A DNA stretch of 64,000 nucleotides, taken from positions 186,001-250,000 of the forward strand of contig OW569371.1 in NCBI GenBank assembly GCA_937625935.1, read 5' to 3'. Position numbers and translations under genes: made by a program. Each line of letters starts with the position of its first letter. The first letter of the stretch is position 1. Source of the stretch: Tetramitus jugosus (Eukaryota; Protista; Heterolobosea). Below are positions 12,617 to 24,093 of this stretch, in pieces. The notes under the pieces were generated by a model. It had not been told where the DNA came from. It did no database searches and saw nothing but the letters and a program-made list of their open reading frames with translations.

Positions 12617-14914
12617 ATGGATGTAGCGGTATTGGTCGTGACAAACGGTGTCAATGGCCAACGTATCGCATTTGCCTATCCTCACCAATCCCCATGTGTC
12701 GACAACATGAACCTTCATTTCATCACTCAAATCACCAACATGACCACTTACAACAACAACAGTAACAATAACAATAATAGTAACAGTAAGACGACAACGA
12801 ATCATGATCGATTAACACATGAAAAGAGTCCAACGAGCAATGCAAGTCCATTACACAACAACAATAACAACAATAACAACAATAACAACATATCATCATC
12901 ACAACAACAACAACAATCACTATCCGTTAGTAATAACAACACACTGTCCTCCTCTTCAGCATCTTCGTGCTCTGTTTCTTCACCTACTCCGCCAATGAGT
13001 CCTCCACCTCCTTCTTCTTCTTCATCGTCGAATAATAATACTCCGACTGGAATGAATGCAACTTCCTCTTCGTCGATAGGGGGATTCAATGAAGTGTATG
13101 GATGGGATGTGCCTGCATTGGCATTTTTGCTTTATTTGCCTAATGATCCAGTGAATCGATTGATTCGATTGTCCATTGATGATGCTCTCTTGCTTAGCTT
13201 GCCTTCTGCTCTTTGGCGCAAAACTCCGGCATTGGAATTACCAAAGAAGAAAACGGGCGGGAATAATGCGTCTACGATGACCAATGGAACGAGCTCGCAG
13301 CAACCAACGCAAAATGACACTGAGAAAAAGAGAACGAGGAAAAGGATACACTCTACTCATGTGCAGCTCCACGAACAAGAAAAGTCTCGTCTCATGGAAG
13401 ACTACACTGACTTTAGCATTGTATTCGTGTTCAAGTATGGATCACTGCCCAATCAGGCCATTATTGATCGATACTCGCAATTGCTGAGCCTCTTGGTCAA
13501 GACGTATGAGAGAGAACAGAACAGATGTATGTATATTGCTCGAGAGCTACTCGTTCTATCAAAGCTAAAGGAAGTGTGCAAGGATTGGGAGTCCCTAGCA
13601 AAGATGGCTCAAGAAAAGAGCTTATTAGCAAGAGAGTTGATCACTGTAGCCAATTGTATACAACAAGGAGTGCCTATTCAGATACGAATCAATGGATGGA
13701 TCGAAATTGGTTACATTAATCATGTGAACCTAGTGAAATGGAAGCACAATGGCAGTGTGGCAGCTGCATCAACCGATATCGCAGCTTGGCGTGACTCGTA
13801 TGCTAGCAAGACGTACATTAAGCCGTGTCATGCGTGTATCGTGGCAGAAGAATTACCAAAACTATCTGATCCACCAGATGGACTGAACGATGTTCAAAAA
13901 GTGATGAGTTTCTTCTCTCCGACAAAGAGTCTGCAAGATGTGAGCAGAGACAGTAACATGACAATTGAGCTCGTGTGCTCTATTGCTCAGCATTTGGTCA
14001 ACTGGGGCATCGTTAGGCCCATTACTCAACTATGTAGTTATACGATACTTGTTTTGTCATCGACCAATGCCTACAAGGGATCTTCCAAGTTTCCTCCATC
14101 ACTCATATACATCAAGAATTTTTCGCAGTTGTTTCCTGCGTTGCCATCCCTTGTAGAGATGATGCAATTGTTTTCTGTGCCGAGAACGTATCAAGAACAC
14201 TTGGAAAGTGTGGCAATCTTGATACGCCACAAATCAGCATTGGCCGAACGAGAGAGATACCCATCTACGGAATCGATATTCGAGATGAGTCGGAGCAATG
14301 ACACCACAGATGGAGAGACACCAAAATCGGCTCCTAGCGATACAGTCGTTCCATCTACTCTCATGTGCAATGTGTCAGTATCAATAATGGATCAATCAAT
14401 ATTTGCACAGGCTGTATTCTGGCTCTTGAAAAAGAACTTTATCAAACCAGTTGCCAGATACATCTACATGTCGATACCCCAGCGAAAAACAACCAAACCC
14501 TCTCATTTGGGTGCAGGCAAACAACAGTTCTCTTTTTCGCCACCGAGAACATTCTTGTCAGCAGAAACAAACGATTTAATGGATGATGCAGTAGATATGG
14601 AAGATGAGGAGGATGAACACATTCTGCAACAAAAGTTGCACATTTCAATCTCTCAAAAATCAGTCAATTCTCAAGCAATGTCACAAGATTCATCAGATGA
14701 CTACACAAAACATTCATTAACGAGCTACGAAATGGATTATTTGAAGAGTGTTTGCAACGATCGCAAAATGCTTAACTTATTCAAGCGATTATGCAAATAT
14801 TTTGATGGACAGTACCATGAACAGGAGATTATGTGGTTGGAGAGCATATCACAAGAAGAGATGAACAATATACTGGAAAAATTTTCAGATGTTTTACTGG
14901 TTATCGAACTCTAG
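12617..14914 (+). CDS. NPRL3: NPRL3/Npr3-like GATOR1 subunit
   Basis: N-terminal VLVVTNGVNGQRIAFAYP, EQNRCMYIARE, IRINGWI, SPTKSLQDVS..IAQHLVNWG, C-terminal KYFDGQYHEQEIMWLESISQEEM. Confidence 0.75.
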   Translation: MDVAVLVVTNGVNGQRIAFAYPHQSPCVDNMNLHFITQITNMTTYNNNSNNNNNSNSKTTTNHDRLTHEKSPTSNASPLHNNNNNNNNNNNISSSQQQQQSLSVSNNNTLSSSSASSCSVSSPTPPMSPPPPSSSSSSNNNTPTGMNATSSSSIGGFNEVYGWDVPALAFLLYLPNDPVNRLIRLSIDDALLLSLPSALWRKTPALELPKKKTGGNNASTMTNGTSSQQPTQNDTEKKRTRKRIHSTHVQLHEQEKSRLMEDYTDFSIVFVFKYGSLPNQAIIDRYSQLLSLLVKTYEREQNRCMYIARELLVLSKLKEVCKDWESLAKMAQEKSLLARELITVANCIQQGVPIQIRINGWIEIGYINHVNLVKWKHNGSVAAASTDIAAWRDSYASKTYIKPCHACIVAEELPKLSDPPDGLNDVQKVMSFFSPTKSLQDVSRDSNMTIELVCSIAQHLVNWGIVRPITQLCSYTILVLSSTNAYKGSSKFPPSLIYIKNFSQLFPALPSLVEMMQLFSVPRTYQEHLESVAILIRHKSALAERERYPSTESIFEMSRSNDTTDGETPKSAPSDTVVPSTLMCNVSVSIMDQSIFAQAVFWLLKKNFIKPVARYIYMSIPQRKTTKPSHLGAGKQQFSFSPPRTFLSAETNDLMDDAVDMEDEEDEHILQQKLHISISQKSVNSQAMSQDSSDDYTKHSLTSYEMDYLKSVCNDRKMLNLFKRLCKYFDGQYHEQEIMWLESISQEEMNNILEKFSDVLLVIEL

Positions 14915-16471
14915 TTCATCAAGCAAGCTGACTGCTTTGGCAGCAACCAGGAATGATTGCAAACAAACCATTGGCACAACAAAGTACTTGATTTGATAGC
15001 AAGCAATGGCAAAACATATAGCTTGCGCCACGGGTACCATCTCGTTGAACCTTATGGGTTGAAAAACGGCGTCCTGTGGCATTGACAAACCAGAAGCAAA
15101 TCGTTTGTCATTTAATAAAATCTCCTTGTACTTTGCTGGCAGTGAATCATCAAATTTTCCAAATATTCTCGACTGAACAGTCTTTTCTCTCATCTTGTCT
15201 CCTCTCGAAATCATATCGCCCACAACTTCCATACCACCAATCGCAATCAGAGCGAATGCACACAGCATGGCATTGTACCGAGCATAGACACGTGGTGCAC
15301 CCCTCTTGCTCCATCTAAAATATGTATAAAATGATGTACACGTTGCAGCTGCAATCGCCACGACATCATGCATTAAATCATTGTCATGGAAGAGCGGTAG
15401 TTTTGGATTGTGGAGAATGACCTGCTTGCTCGTTGTTAAGAAATCGTGACTCTCTTCAATGATCCATCGTATCGGATCACTGGTACTACCACTCTTCTTC
15501 AAGTACAGACTCAAATGGTGAGCAATGCTCTGATCACTAGGCATAGAGAGATCACACCTCTGCACATGCATATTCTGACAAATTAAAAGCAAGCAATTCG
15601 CTACTCGCTCGCGAGACTCCTTGTATCCAGGTCTCTGATCATTCACTTGCTCAGACAAGTACTCACACAATGGAATGACAAACGATCGCACACATCCCTC
15701 ATACCCAACAGTCGACAGCATTCGATCTCTCGACAACAAACTCTCCAACATGAGCAAAGCCTGTTCTCTCTTCTTCTCAAACATTTCAGCAGCTTCCTTT
15801 TCATTGTAATTGACTGTCGTTTTCTTTGGATGCTTCAAAAACTGGTTCACCAGAATGTGACCCAAATGTTCATTTTGCAGAATGGCAGTTCCATGTTCAT
15901 CATACTTGGCCAACTTTGTCATCAAGTGCATAATCAGAGCCAATGTCTGATCACTCAAACCATCCTCTCTCTTCAAATGACTACTCAACACTTGAACGAT
16001 ACTCTGAGCGGGCAAAATTCCAAAAATAGTTGGTTCCTCCAATTCTTGTGAAATGGACAAGAGTTCCTGACGAAGGGCTTCTTCCGTCAGTCGTTGACTC
16101 GCAGTCAAAAACGCTTCCAAGTCTTGCACGAGCACTCGATAAGCCATGAGCTTGTAAGCCATGTACCCTAGACCAGCAGCTACTAAACTAATAAAGTAGA
16201 GTGTAGCTCTATTGGAGGATGCTGATTCTTTCATGAATGCGAGTGAATCAGCAGCAGCAGCTGCATTTGATTTGTGTGATGATGAAGAAGATGAGAAGAA
16301 GGATGATGATGAAAGCTTTTGATGTTGATGATGAGAAGGAGTACTAGGGTGTTGGAGGCGGAGAAGATGAAGTGATGATGATGATGATGATGTACAGAGT
16401 TGGAGAGAGTTGGGAGGAGTGATCTTGCGACTGCTGAGGAGTCGTGTGCGTGAGGCGTAACGGGAGATCAT
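14894..16471 (-). CDS. Hypothetical membrane protein with a mitochondrial-type presequence
   Basis: 525-aa ORF; Arg/Ser-rich N-terminus lacking acidic residues; several hydrophobic segments. Confidence 0.6.
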   Translation of the reverse strand: MISRYASRTRLLSSRKITPPNSLQLCTSSSSSSLHLLRLQHPSTPSHHQHQKLSSSSFFSSSSSSHKSNAAAAADSLAFMKESASSNRATLYFISLVAAGLGYMAYKLMAYRVLVQDLEAFLTASQRLTEEALRQELLSISQELEEPTIFGILPAQSIVQVLSSHLKREDGLSDQTLALIMHLMTKLAKYDEHGTAILQNEHLGHILVNQFLKHPKKTTVNYNEKEAAEMFEKKREQALLMLESLLSRDRMLSTVGYEGCVRSFVIPLCEYLSEQVNDQRPGYKESRERVANCLLLICQNMHVQRCDLSMPSDQSIAHHLSLYLKKSGSTSDPIRWIIEESHDFLTTSKQVILHNPKLPLFHDNDLMHDVVAIAAATCTSFYTYFRWSKRGAPRVYARYNAMLCAFALIAIGGMEVVGDMISRGDKMREKTVQSRIFGKFDDSLPAKYKEILLNDKRFASGLSMPQDAVFQPIRFNEMVPVAQAICFAIACYQIKYFVVPMVCLQSFLVAAKAVSLLDELEFDNQ

Positions 16472-16664
16472 TCTTTTTTTGTTTTTTTTCTGGTTCTTGT
16501 TCGCAGGGAGTCGGATTTTATCGGGGAAAACTGGCGAGCGCCAAATGGGGTCGGTTTCATCGGGCTACAGTTTTGTTGAAACGAGAAGAAAATTTCTGTC
16601 AGAGCTCGAAAAACATTCTAATTGTTATCGATCGAACAGAACTAGTTTAAACAGCTTCTGAACC

Positions 16665-18143
16665 ATGCACAGAGCCGAACCCGTGTCCAACAAGTTGGTT
16701 GTTCAAAAGTCCCGTGATCAATCATACATCATGCACAGGGAGAAACTAACCAAAGTGAAAGCTTCGATAGACAATAGACCTCCAAAAGCACATCCTCATT
16801 TGCAGAGTAAAGCTAAGAAAATTCAAGTTGAAAAAGGTATACCTTCATCATGAGTCATGTTCCTCTCTCTGTAAGTTCCGGAATCTCACCCATTCCACTC
16901 ACAAAACAACACAGAACGCTTGGACAGTATTCAGCGAGATAATCATAAATTATTGAACAAGATGAGTGATATTATGCAAAAGAATTACTTGGACAATAAA
17001 AACACGAGCATCCAATATGCAAAGAGCTTGAACAGTGGGTATCGAAAGAGAGAAATGATGAGGATTACTGCTGAGAATCATGCTATTCTGAAGAGAATTC
17101 AACAAAAACAACCAGTGTATAACCACATGAAGTGGGAGTATGAAAGGAAGCAGAATGAACTCTACTGTAAAAATATTTGTGAATATAACTATGTACCAAA
17201 GCTGGTGTCAAATGGTATGTCCTATTTTCAAGAAACAGTTTCTTACTTTTTCGAGCAAATGAATAACTCACTATCCGCTCTTTGAGTAGCAACAAAGAAC
17301 TTTTTGGCCAACAAAAGCAAGCAGGCTCTGCTAGTGGTAATAAATGAGGAGAATCCTGATGATCAATATGCTGAAGATTATGACGAGGGAGATATGGAAG
17401 ATTTAGGAGGTGGTTTCGATATTCATGACGAGTACTATCGGAATGCAGATTCTCTCGCTACTGATCTCAACCAACTTGAAGAGAAAAAACAACAAGATGA
17501 GATTATTAATGAACTATTGCAGGAACATCATATGGACCCATTGAAAAATACTGAGCGGTCTCCTAGCGAAACAGCCGCTGCTCAGTCTTCTCCCCAAGAC
17601 GAAGTGAAAATCAAAATTGAAGCAGAGAAGCAAGAAGATAAGGCCAAAGTAGAGACTTTAGAGACAGAAAGTAAGGGAATGGATGTTGTTAAAGAAGAAA
17701 CTAAAGAAACCAACCAAGATAAACCGCCAACAACAGTTGCAAAACCATCTGAGGCTAAACCTAAAGATGAAATCAGAGATCCCAAGAATCAGGAAGGAAA
17801 CAAGGATAAAGTAGATATCCAACAGCCAGCAGTCGTTGTTTCAGAGAAGAAAGAAGAAGTGAAAAAAAAGGAACCTTCAACAACGATCTCTGATACAAAA
17901 CTCCCCCAAGATACCAACCATTCATCAGAAAAAGCAGTCCATATCCAAGTAGAGGTACCGAAAGAGTCTATAAAACCAGTGGTTGTCACTGAGCCAGTTT
18001 CGATCAAGGAGACGGACAAAACTGCACCAAAAGATAGTCTAACAGTTGATAACAAACCTTCCGTTACCGCCTCTCAGGAAAGTTTCTCCTTTGATGACGA
18101 TCCACTCGATGATCTAGAGGATTTCGACGCGGATCTTGAGTAA
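16665..18143 (+). CDS. CFAP97/KIAA1430 (Hemingway)-domain protein with acidic tail; introns 16837-16914 and 17215-17289
   Basis: HREKLTKVKASIDNRPP, IQRDNHKLLNKMSDI, SLNSGYRKREMMRITAENHAILKRIQ; both GT-AG introns restore frame. Confidence 0.75.
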
Positions 18144-18220
18144 TTACACACTGCAAATAAACACCATCGACATTCGTAAATGAAATTTCTCTTTTTCAAA
18201 CGGTAACAATCACAAGAAGA

Positions 18221-20013
18221 ATGAGCGATAAATTACCAATGGGATATCAAGTGGTACCTCTAACGAAACATAGAAGTCTAGTATGGACGAGATTGAATAT
18301 CAACAAGGTTTGTCTCTATTATCCTCGAAGGTTAAGGAAAATCACGGTCAATTTCTCATCCAAAATCAATGATAGCTCTATGATGTTTCATTTTCACTGC
18401 TAAAGAGATTAGAGCTCTCCCTGTATCAAAAGAACTACTCCGTTCCTCTCATTCTCTACAGTTGCCTAAGAACTTCTTTAGGAAATGATTTCTCTACCAA
18501 CATCGTATGTGCACTGAAACCACCACACTTCGTGTCCAAGTTCGTTTTGATCTCACACTGAGTCGATCATAGATGTGGTGCGATTTAGTTAGGTCAGTCA
18601 AGATTCACCAATCATCCGATCCTGAAATCGATCTATTTGTCAGATATATTTCTGGTGAATTCGATCTCATATCCTTTAGTCTGTTCCTTGAATTGAGAGC
18701 GTTCTTTGCTTGGAACATCAAAGCACCTGTGCATTCTCCTTCGAAGGAAAAGCTTGATAGAGCAATACGGAATTGCTGTTTGTTCATGAATCAGAATGAA
18801 GCTGCAGTCTTGCTCAATAGGCTCTTTTCAGACGACAGCATTGTTATTGAACGGTTTTGTTCACAGGCCTACTTAGAAGATGAATCGTTCGCTAATCTAC
18901 TTCAGCATTGTTCGACTCTCGTTGGTAAGGATGTTCAAAGGTTGTTAAATACTTCATTTGTACTAATTGATCGTTCTCTCCTTTCTGACACTTCTATCCA
19001 GTCAATCAGATATCCCAACTCCATTCGAATATCGGATAAATCTCTCAAAGTTTACTCTGTTATTGTTAAGCTCTCGACGAAGTTCGACTCAAAAACTCTT
19101 AGAATCGATGATTGACTTTATGAAAGAACTTGATACGCCGTATCCTGAATCTTTCTTGTCCAGCATGATTTTGTTTTCTGAAGAAGATTTACACCATCAC
19201 TCAAAGTCAAAGAGAGTTGATCCAAATCTCTTGAAACAATACTTACAGAGCTCGACTGCCAGTTCCACTGGTATTCTGTTTGATGTAGCAACAACAATAT
19301 TGCTTCGACAATCTGAAGAGCTCAAAGGTAAAGATGAACTCGATTTCTCTCGAGAAGTCTTGAACGACTATATTCTTATTCAGGGAAGTGATGATCAGTA
19401 CAACCGGCGGCTCATACAAAAGAATACCTCCATCTCGGACAGAACAAAATCGATGGCAGAATTCTTTGAGCAGATTGAGATGGGAGATTCGAAATCAGAG
19501 AGGGATTTGCTATTCCACGTGGAAAACATGGTGGGGTTGATGAGATATCGGAGAGGTCTGCTGCGTGTTTCGTTGGCCGAGCTTCAGGCAGACTGTAAAT
19601 CGTTGCTTGGTCTGTTAGTGGCAATTAGCACATCTGCACTGTCTGAGGCAGTTAGCCACTCTCAGACAATCAAAAAATGGATCTCCTTTCTTTCTACGGT
19701 GTGCCTGAGTAAGGAAGGAGGAAACCAAAACGTCACTCTCCCAAACATTCAAGAGAATGGAGTACCACAGTTCCTTCCTCCGAAAGATTCGTCCATGAAC
19801 GGTAGATCAATCACCGCGGAGTATGGGGTAGGCCAATCACCCGGCTTTCGGCCAACGGATACGCTAGCATCACCAGGCCACAGAGAAGAGCAAGTTGAAT
19901 TCATTACTGATTGGCAATCCATCTTCGATAATGCTTCGCTTAGGGCTGAGCTCATCGACATGATAACGGCAGTTAGGGCGGAGGTTGAAATGGGGTTGTC
20001 TGAGGCCCAATGA
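18221..20013 (+). CDS. Hypothetical multi-exon protein (exon structure unresolved)
   Basis: Successive same-strand ORFs 18221, 18573 and 18967-20013 (348 aa); no recognisable motif. Confidence 0.4.
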
Positions 20014-20353
20014 CAGGAGGAATAAAGTCGCGAGAATGACGCTGCTGGAGATGAAAATTTGTCAGCGCATCACCACGTTGTAAACGTCATGTCAATCACC
20101 TGTCTTACGGTCTCCCCTTCCATAGGCGATATTTTTTGTCCAAGCAAAAAAACAACCACCCATTCTCAAGTTAAAAAAAACAACCAACATCACCAAACAA
20201 CAAACAACAACAGCAGCACAAACTCTCCTCTTCTGTATTCTAATTTCTTTTTGGATAGACCCACAAAACAACAGTCCAAACACAAAAAAGAAAACACAAC
20301 GTTTCCCTCAACAACAGTAAATAATAACAACATCAACAACAACAATAAGAAAC

Positions 20354-20929
20354 ATGTCAACAGAAAAATATTACGGTGAAGAAAACTCCAATGTCATTTC
20401 CAGCTACATTGATGACAATGGATACACGAAGACCACAAAGGCCTCTGATCGTAGCCGTTGGGGCAAGGGCGCTGAATTCTACGATGACCGTGTCGGAGAT
20501 TTCGGAAGTTACCTCGACACCCATGAGAGAGACTCTCAGCGTAACAAGCAAACAAAAATGTCTGATTCCAATCGTTGGGGCAAGGGTGCTGACGTGTACG
20601 ATGACAGTATCGTGTCTCAGAGTGGTGAGTCCTACTTGGCCAAGCAACAAGCTTTCGAAGAAGAGAGAATGAAACAGGAGAGAGCTCTCAAGGAAGAAGC
20701 CATCAGGAAGCTCAAGGAGAAGAATGGAGGCATCTTGGACCCTGATACCAACATTTTCCCATATTCTGAACTCAAGGACAAATTCCCAAAGGGCGTCGAT
20801 CCAGCCAAGAAGGAAATGTATTTGAGTGATGAGGAGTTCTTTGAGGTGTTTGGCATGGATTATGAAGAGTTTGAGAATTTGGGACCGTTCAAGAAGAAGC
20901 AACTCAAGAAGAAGGCTGGTCTCTTTTAA
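20354..20929 (+). CDS. Villin-headpiece domain protein
   Basis: C-terminal PKGVDPAKKEMYLSDEEFFEVFGMDYEEFENLGPFKKKQLKKKAGLF; strong codon bias. Confidence 0.9.
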   Translation: MSTEKYYGEENSNVISSYIDDNGYTKTTKASDRSRWGKGAEFYDDRVGDFGSYLDTHERDSQRNKQTKMSDSNRWGKGADVYDDSIVSQSGESYLAKQQAFEEERMKQERALKEEAIRKLKEKNGGILDPDTNIFPYSELKDKFPKGVDPAKKEMYLSDEEFFEVFGMDYEEFENLGPFKKKQLKKKAGLF

Positions 20930-21606
20930 AACAGAGAATCTCACTTTCTCCTATACTCTCTCTCCTTTTACTCTCTCTCTACTCATATACACTCACACGG
21001 AATCAATGCGATAACATCATCTCTCCCACCACCATACACACACTCCACCAACAAGTCATCAAAGTCTCTCTCCCCGGCGCTACGTGACAACCCAACCATT
21101 TCTTGTTTGATCGTTCGTCATGCGCACATTGCACAACAACAAGAAGAAGAAGAAGAAAAAAACGAGGAGCGAAACTCGAAGGGGCCGCTCATGTCAAGCG
21201 CTTGAGAATAACATTGTTTTCTCAATCTCCAGACATTGACCCTACCTAACCAACCAAAAAAAAAACGTACAGTAAAGAGCACAAACGTGCAACCATTTTT
21301 CAAAATGACCGTTTATTCCCAGCGTCCGAGGGAGCGAACCGGGCTCAGGTGGTTGTCAGACCAAACAACAATCTGAAGCAGTGAGTTGTTATTACGTGTG
21401 GAAAATGATTCGTGAAAGTCTGCTTGACATTTTTCATGTCACGGATCAGTAAAAAATGACATCGACAAGCTCAAAAAAGTGAAATGTGTCAAATGTCATC
21501 TGATTTAGCAAAGGGACAATAATCGGATTATTTCTACGGAGAAATAGGAACTACAGCTCAATTTTTTGCGGAGAAAATGAAATACAATCCGCGAAAGATC
21601 AGGTGT

Positions 21607-22434
21607 TTACTCTTCTTCTGTGATGGTTGGAATCCAAAGCTTTCCATTTTGGCTTTCACCCTCATTCATCAACAATTGTTGCCAACTGTTGTGAGTGTCT
21701 CGGATCACAGACTTTGCAAAATCGACATCCATGGCTTTGGCATCCAAACCGAATTGATTCTCTGGCTTTCCATCGCTTGTCTTGTAGTAACGGAACCAGT
21801 GAAACACCTGCTCCAATAATTTTGGATATTTTTCACCTACATGAACAATATTGTCCAACTCAGATGCCAGTTTGTCATCTGTTCTCACACCCAAAATCTT
21901 CCAATCAACTTCTCCCTGATCAATCAACGCAATCACTCCCAAGAGCTTCACCTTGCATATTTCTCCGAGCTCTAGTGGACGATTGCTTAGCTCTACGACA
22001 TCCACAGGATCATTGTCACCTAGGAAGCCAGACATACCAGGTGGGGAGTGTCCAGGATCTTCCCACGTCTGAGGAATACATCCATAGTTGAACGGTAAGT
22101 CACCATAAGTGAAAACTCTTGGTTTTCCCTTGCTAATGTCTTGTTTAATCGGGTTGTGTGGCAGCGATGTTTGAACTTCCATCTTTTTTCGATCACCCAG
22201 GCTAATTTCGTGAATATAATGGTAGACATTGCTGTGTTGCTCATCAGCAACAAGAGGAATTTGGTGCCACGGAGAAATTAAATCTCCGGTGTGTCGATTC
22301 TTGTAAAAGAGTTCAAAGTCGAGTTGTCCAAGGGTTCCTTTGGTCTGGGTGATGATATCAGACAATTGAGGAACTTCTATGCGCTTCTTCAATCCATTCT
22401 TGATCAATGAAGGAAGAATATTCTTTTTCAGCAT
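21607..22434 (-). CDS. Family I soluble inorganic pyrophosphatase, probably organellar
   Basis: ISPWHQIPL, KMEV..NPIKQD, NYGCIPQTWEDP, GDNDPVDV, IDQGEVDWK, WFRYYKTSDGKPEN. Confidence 0.92.
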   Translation of the reverse strand: MLKKNILPSLIKNGLKKRIEVPQLSDIITQTKGTLGQLDFELFYKNRHTGDLISPWHQIPLVADEQHSNVYHYIHEISLGDRKKMEVQTSLPHNPIKQDISKGKPRVFTYGDLPFNYGCIPQTWEDPGHSPPGMSGFLGDNDPVDVVELSNRPLELGEICKVKLLGVIALIDQGEVDWKILGVRTDDKLASELDNIVHVGEKYPKLLEQVFHWFRYYKTSDGKPENQFGLDAKAMDVDFAKSVIRDTHNSWQQLLMNEGESQNGKLWIPTITEEE

Positions 22435-22656
22435 TTTCTTCCAGGAAAGTGATTTTTTGTTTTTTGTGTGAGTTGTTTCTGCGCTTGTTTGACTTCAATG
22501 AACCTTCGCTTTCATGGTTGAATTCCCAAATAGAGTGTCGCAACAATTTTTTTCGGCGGCTGCACAAACAAAAAAGCCGAACACAACAACTTCCCATAAG
22601 AAAATCGCAATCAACAACAACAACAACCATTCATTGCACACTTTTTGATCATCAAC

Positions 22657-23999
22657 ATGTTGGGCGATGTACACACGATATGCGGGTACATGATCGCAAA
22701 ATACTTATTTGAAGTCAACCTGTCCAAGAATGCACCTCATTCCAATCTCATTCTACCACAGTCTCTGCTTCACTTGAGCTCAAACAACACCAACAATCCA
22801 TTATCATCTTCATTGACATCTACACAATCATCCGCATCATCCTTATCATCCGCGTCGAACAATCACATGAACAAGGCGATCCATTTCACCTTTCAAAATG
22901 GAACATTGAAACAGATTCGTAACGCGCTGAAGAAAAAGGTGAAACAACAGGGAAAAGCCTCTCTTTTTCGCGCCATAATTCGGTACATTCGGAGAAATTT
23001 ATTTTCTCCGAGGCGGTGGCTACGGTTTTTGCGGGGACTGACGTTGGAACAAAAATACTTGTTGTGTGGAATGGTGTTGAGTAATTTGCCAGATTTGGAT
23101 GTTTTATTGACTCCGTTAATGGGAGGTTTTCATCAGTTTCATCGAACGTTGACTCATTCCATCTATGGGTATGTTTCCTGGTTCACTTTGCTCTAAAAAG
23201 CTTTTTCGTGTGCGCTGACATGAAATTTTTGTATTTTCGCAGAAATGCGGTGATTGTGCCGATTGCTGGCTACGGTGCGTTCCGATTTTTGGGTCTCAAG
23301 GGTGGTCATGCGCTCAGACACTGTATCAAGTTAGCTCTCCTGTGTGTTTCATCACATCTCGTTACGGATTATATTACAAACTATGGAACTGCGCTTTTTT
23401 ATCCCTTTTCAAAGAGAACATACACATTTGGAGTGATTACTGTGCTTGATTTTACTACGGTGCTCTTCTTTTATATCATGTTGACCATTAGTCGACACAA
23501 TTGGATGAGACAGTCGAACGTGATGAAGCTTGGTATCGTTGCGTTTATTGCTCTCATGATATGGAAACGAGCTTGTCTCTGCGAAGTGTACAGTAAGCAA
23601 TTCCATTTCATGGAGCGACAAAGAAAGGGTCATTGTAAAATATGGATACAGCCAAACAATTTCAGGAATGGAAAATTTTCAGTCATGAAGTACAACCCAA
23701 AGACTGATTATGTGCAGGAGCTAAAATCGATCAAGGTCAGTTCTTACTTGTCTGTGATACACTATCTCGGTGAGTTGTTGCACATTAAGGGCAATGACAT
23801 GAGAAGAGTGAAGATGTCAGATGCGTTGGGTGCTTTCCAGGGCATGTGCGCACCCAAAGAGTTTTTCCCTAGTTTACAGAGGACAAATCACGATCTGTTA
23901 AAGCAGATTGTCAAATCTTCACTTCCCACGGTGTCACTCATGACATTGTATCACCTGACGTATCTGGCAATGTACATGTGGAGGAGTGTGAAAACATAA
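22657..23999 (+). CDS. YdjM/DUF457-like membrane-bound metal-dependent hydrolase; intron 23169-23242
   Basis: SNLPDLDV, HRTLTHS, SHLVTDYITNYGTALFYPFS; GTATGT..CAG intron in frame. Confidence 0.75.
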
Positions 24000-24093
24000 A
24001 GCAGATTTCATTTTTTTTGACCAGGAAGTTGTTAATTTACTTGCAAAGTCAACGAGCATAAGGTTGAAAGGAAACACAACGATGTTGCTTTAT

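Noticed and set aside
12749-13040. AAC/TCN trinucleotide tracts (also at 1-120, 30510-30570 and 61300-62800)
   Set aside because: Ordinary coding poly-Asn/Gln/Ser low complexity
20357-20944. 195-aa antisense ORF and similar shadow ORFs throughout the track
   Set aside because: By-products of codon bias in the real opposite-strand genes
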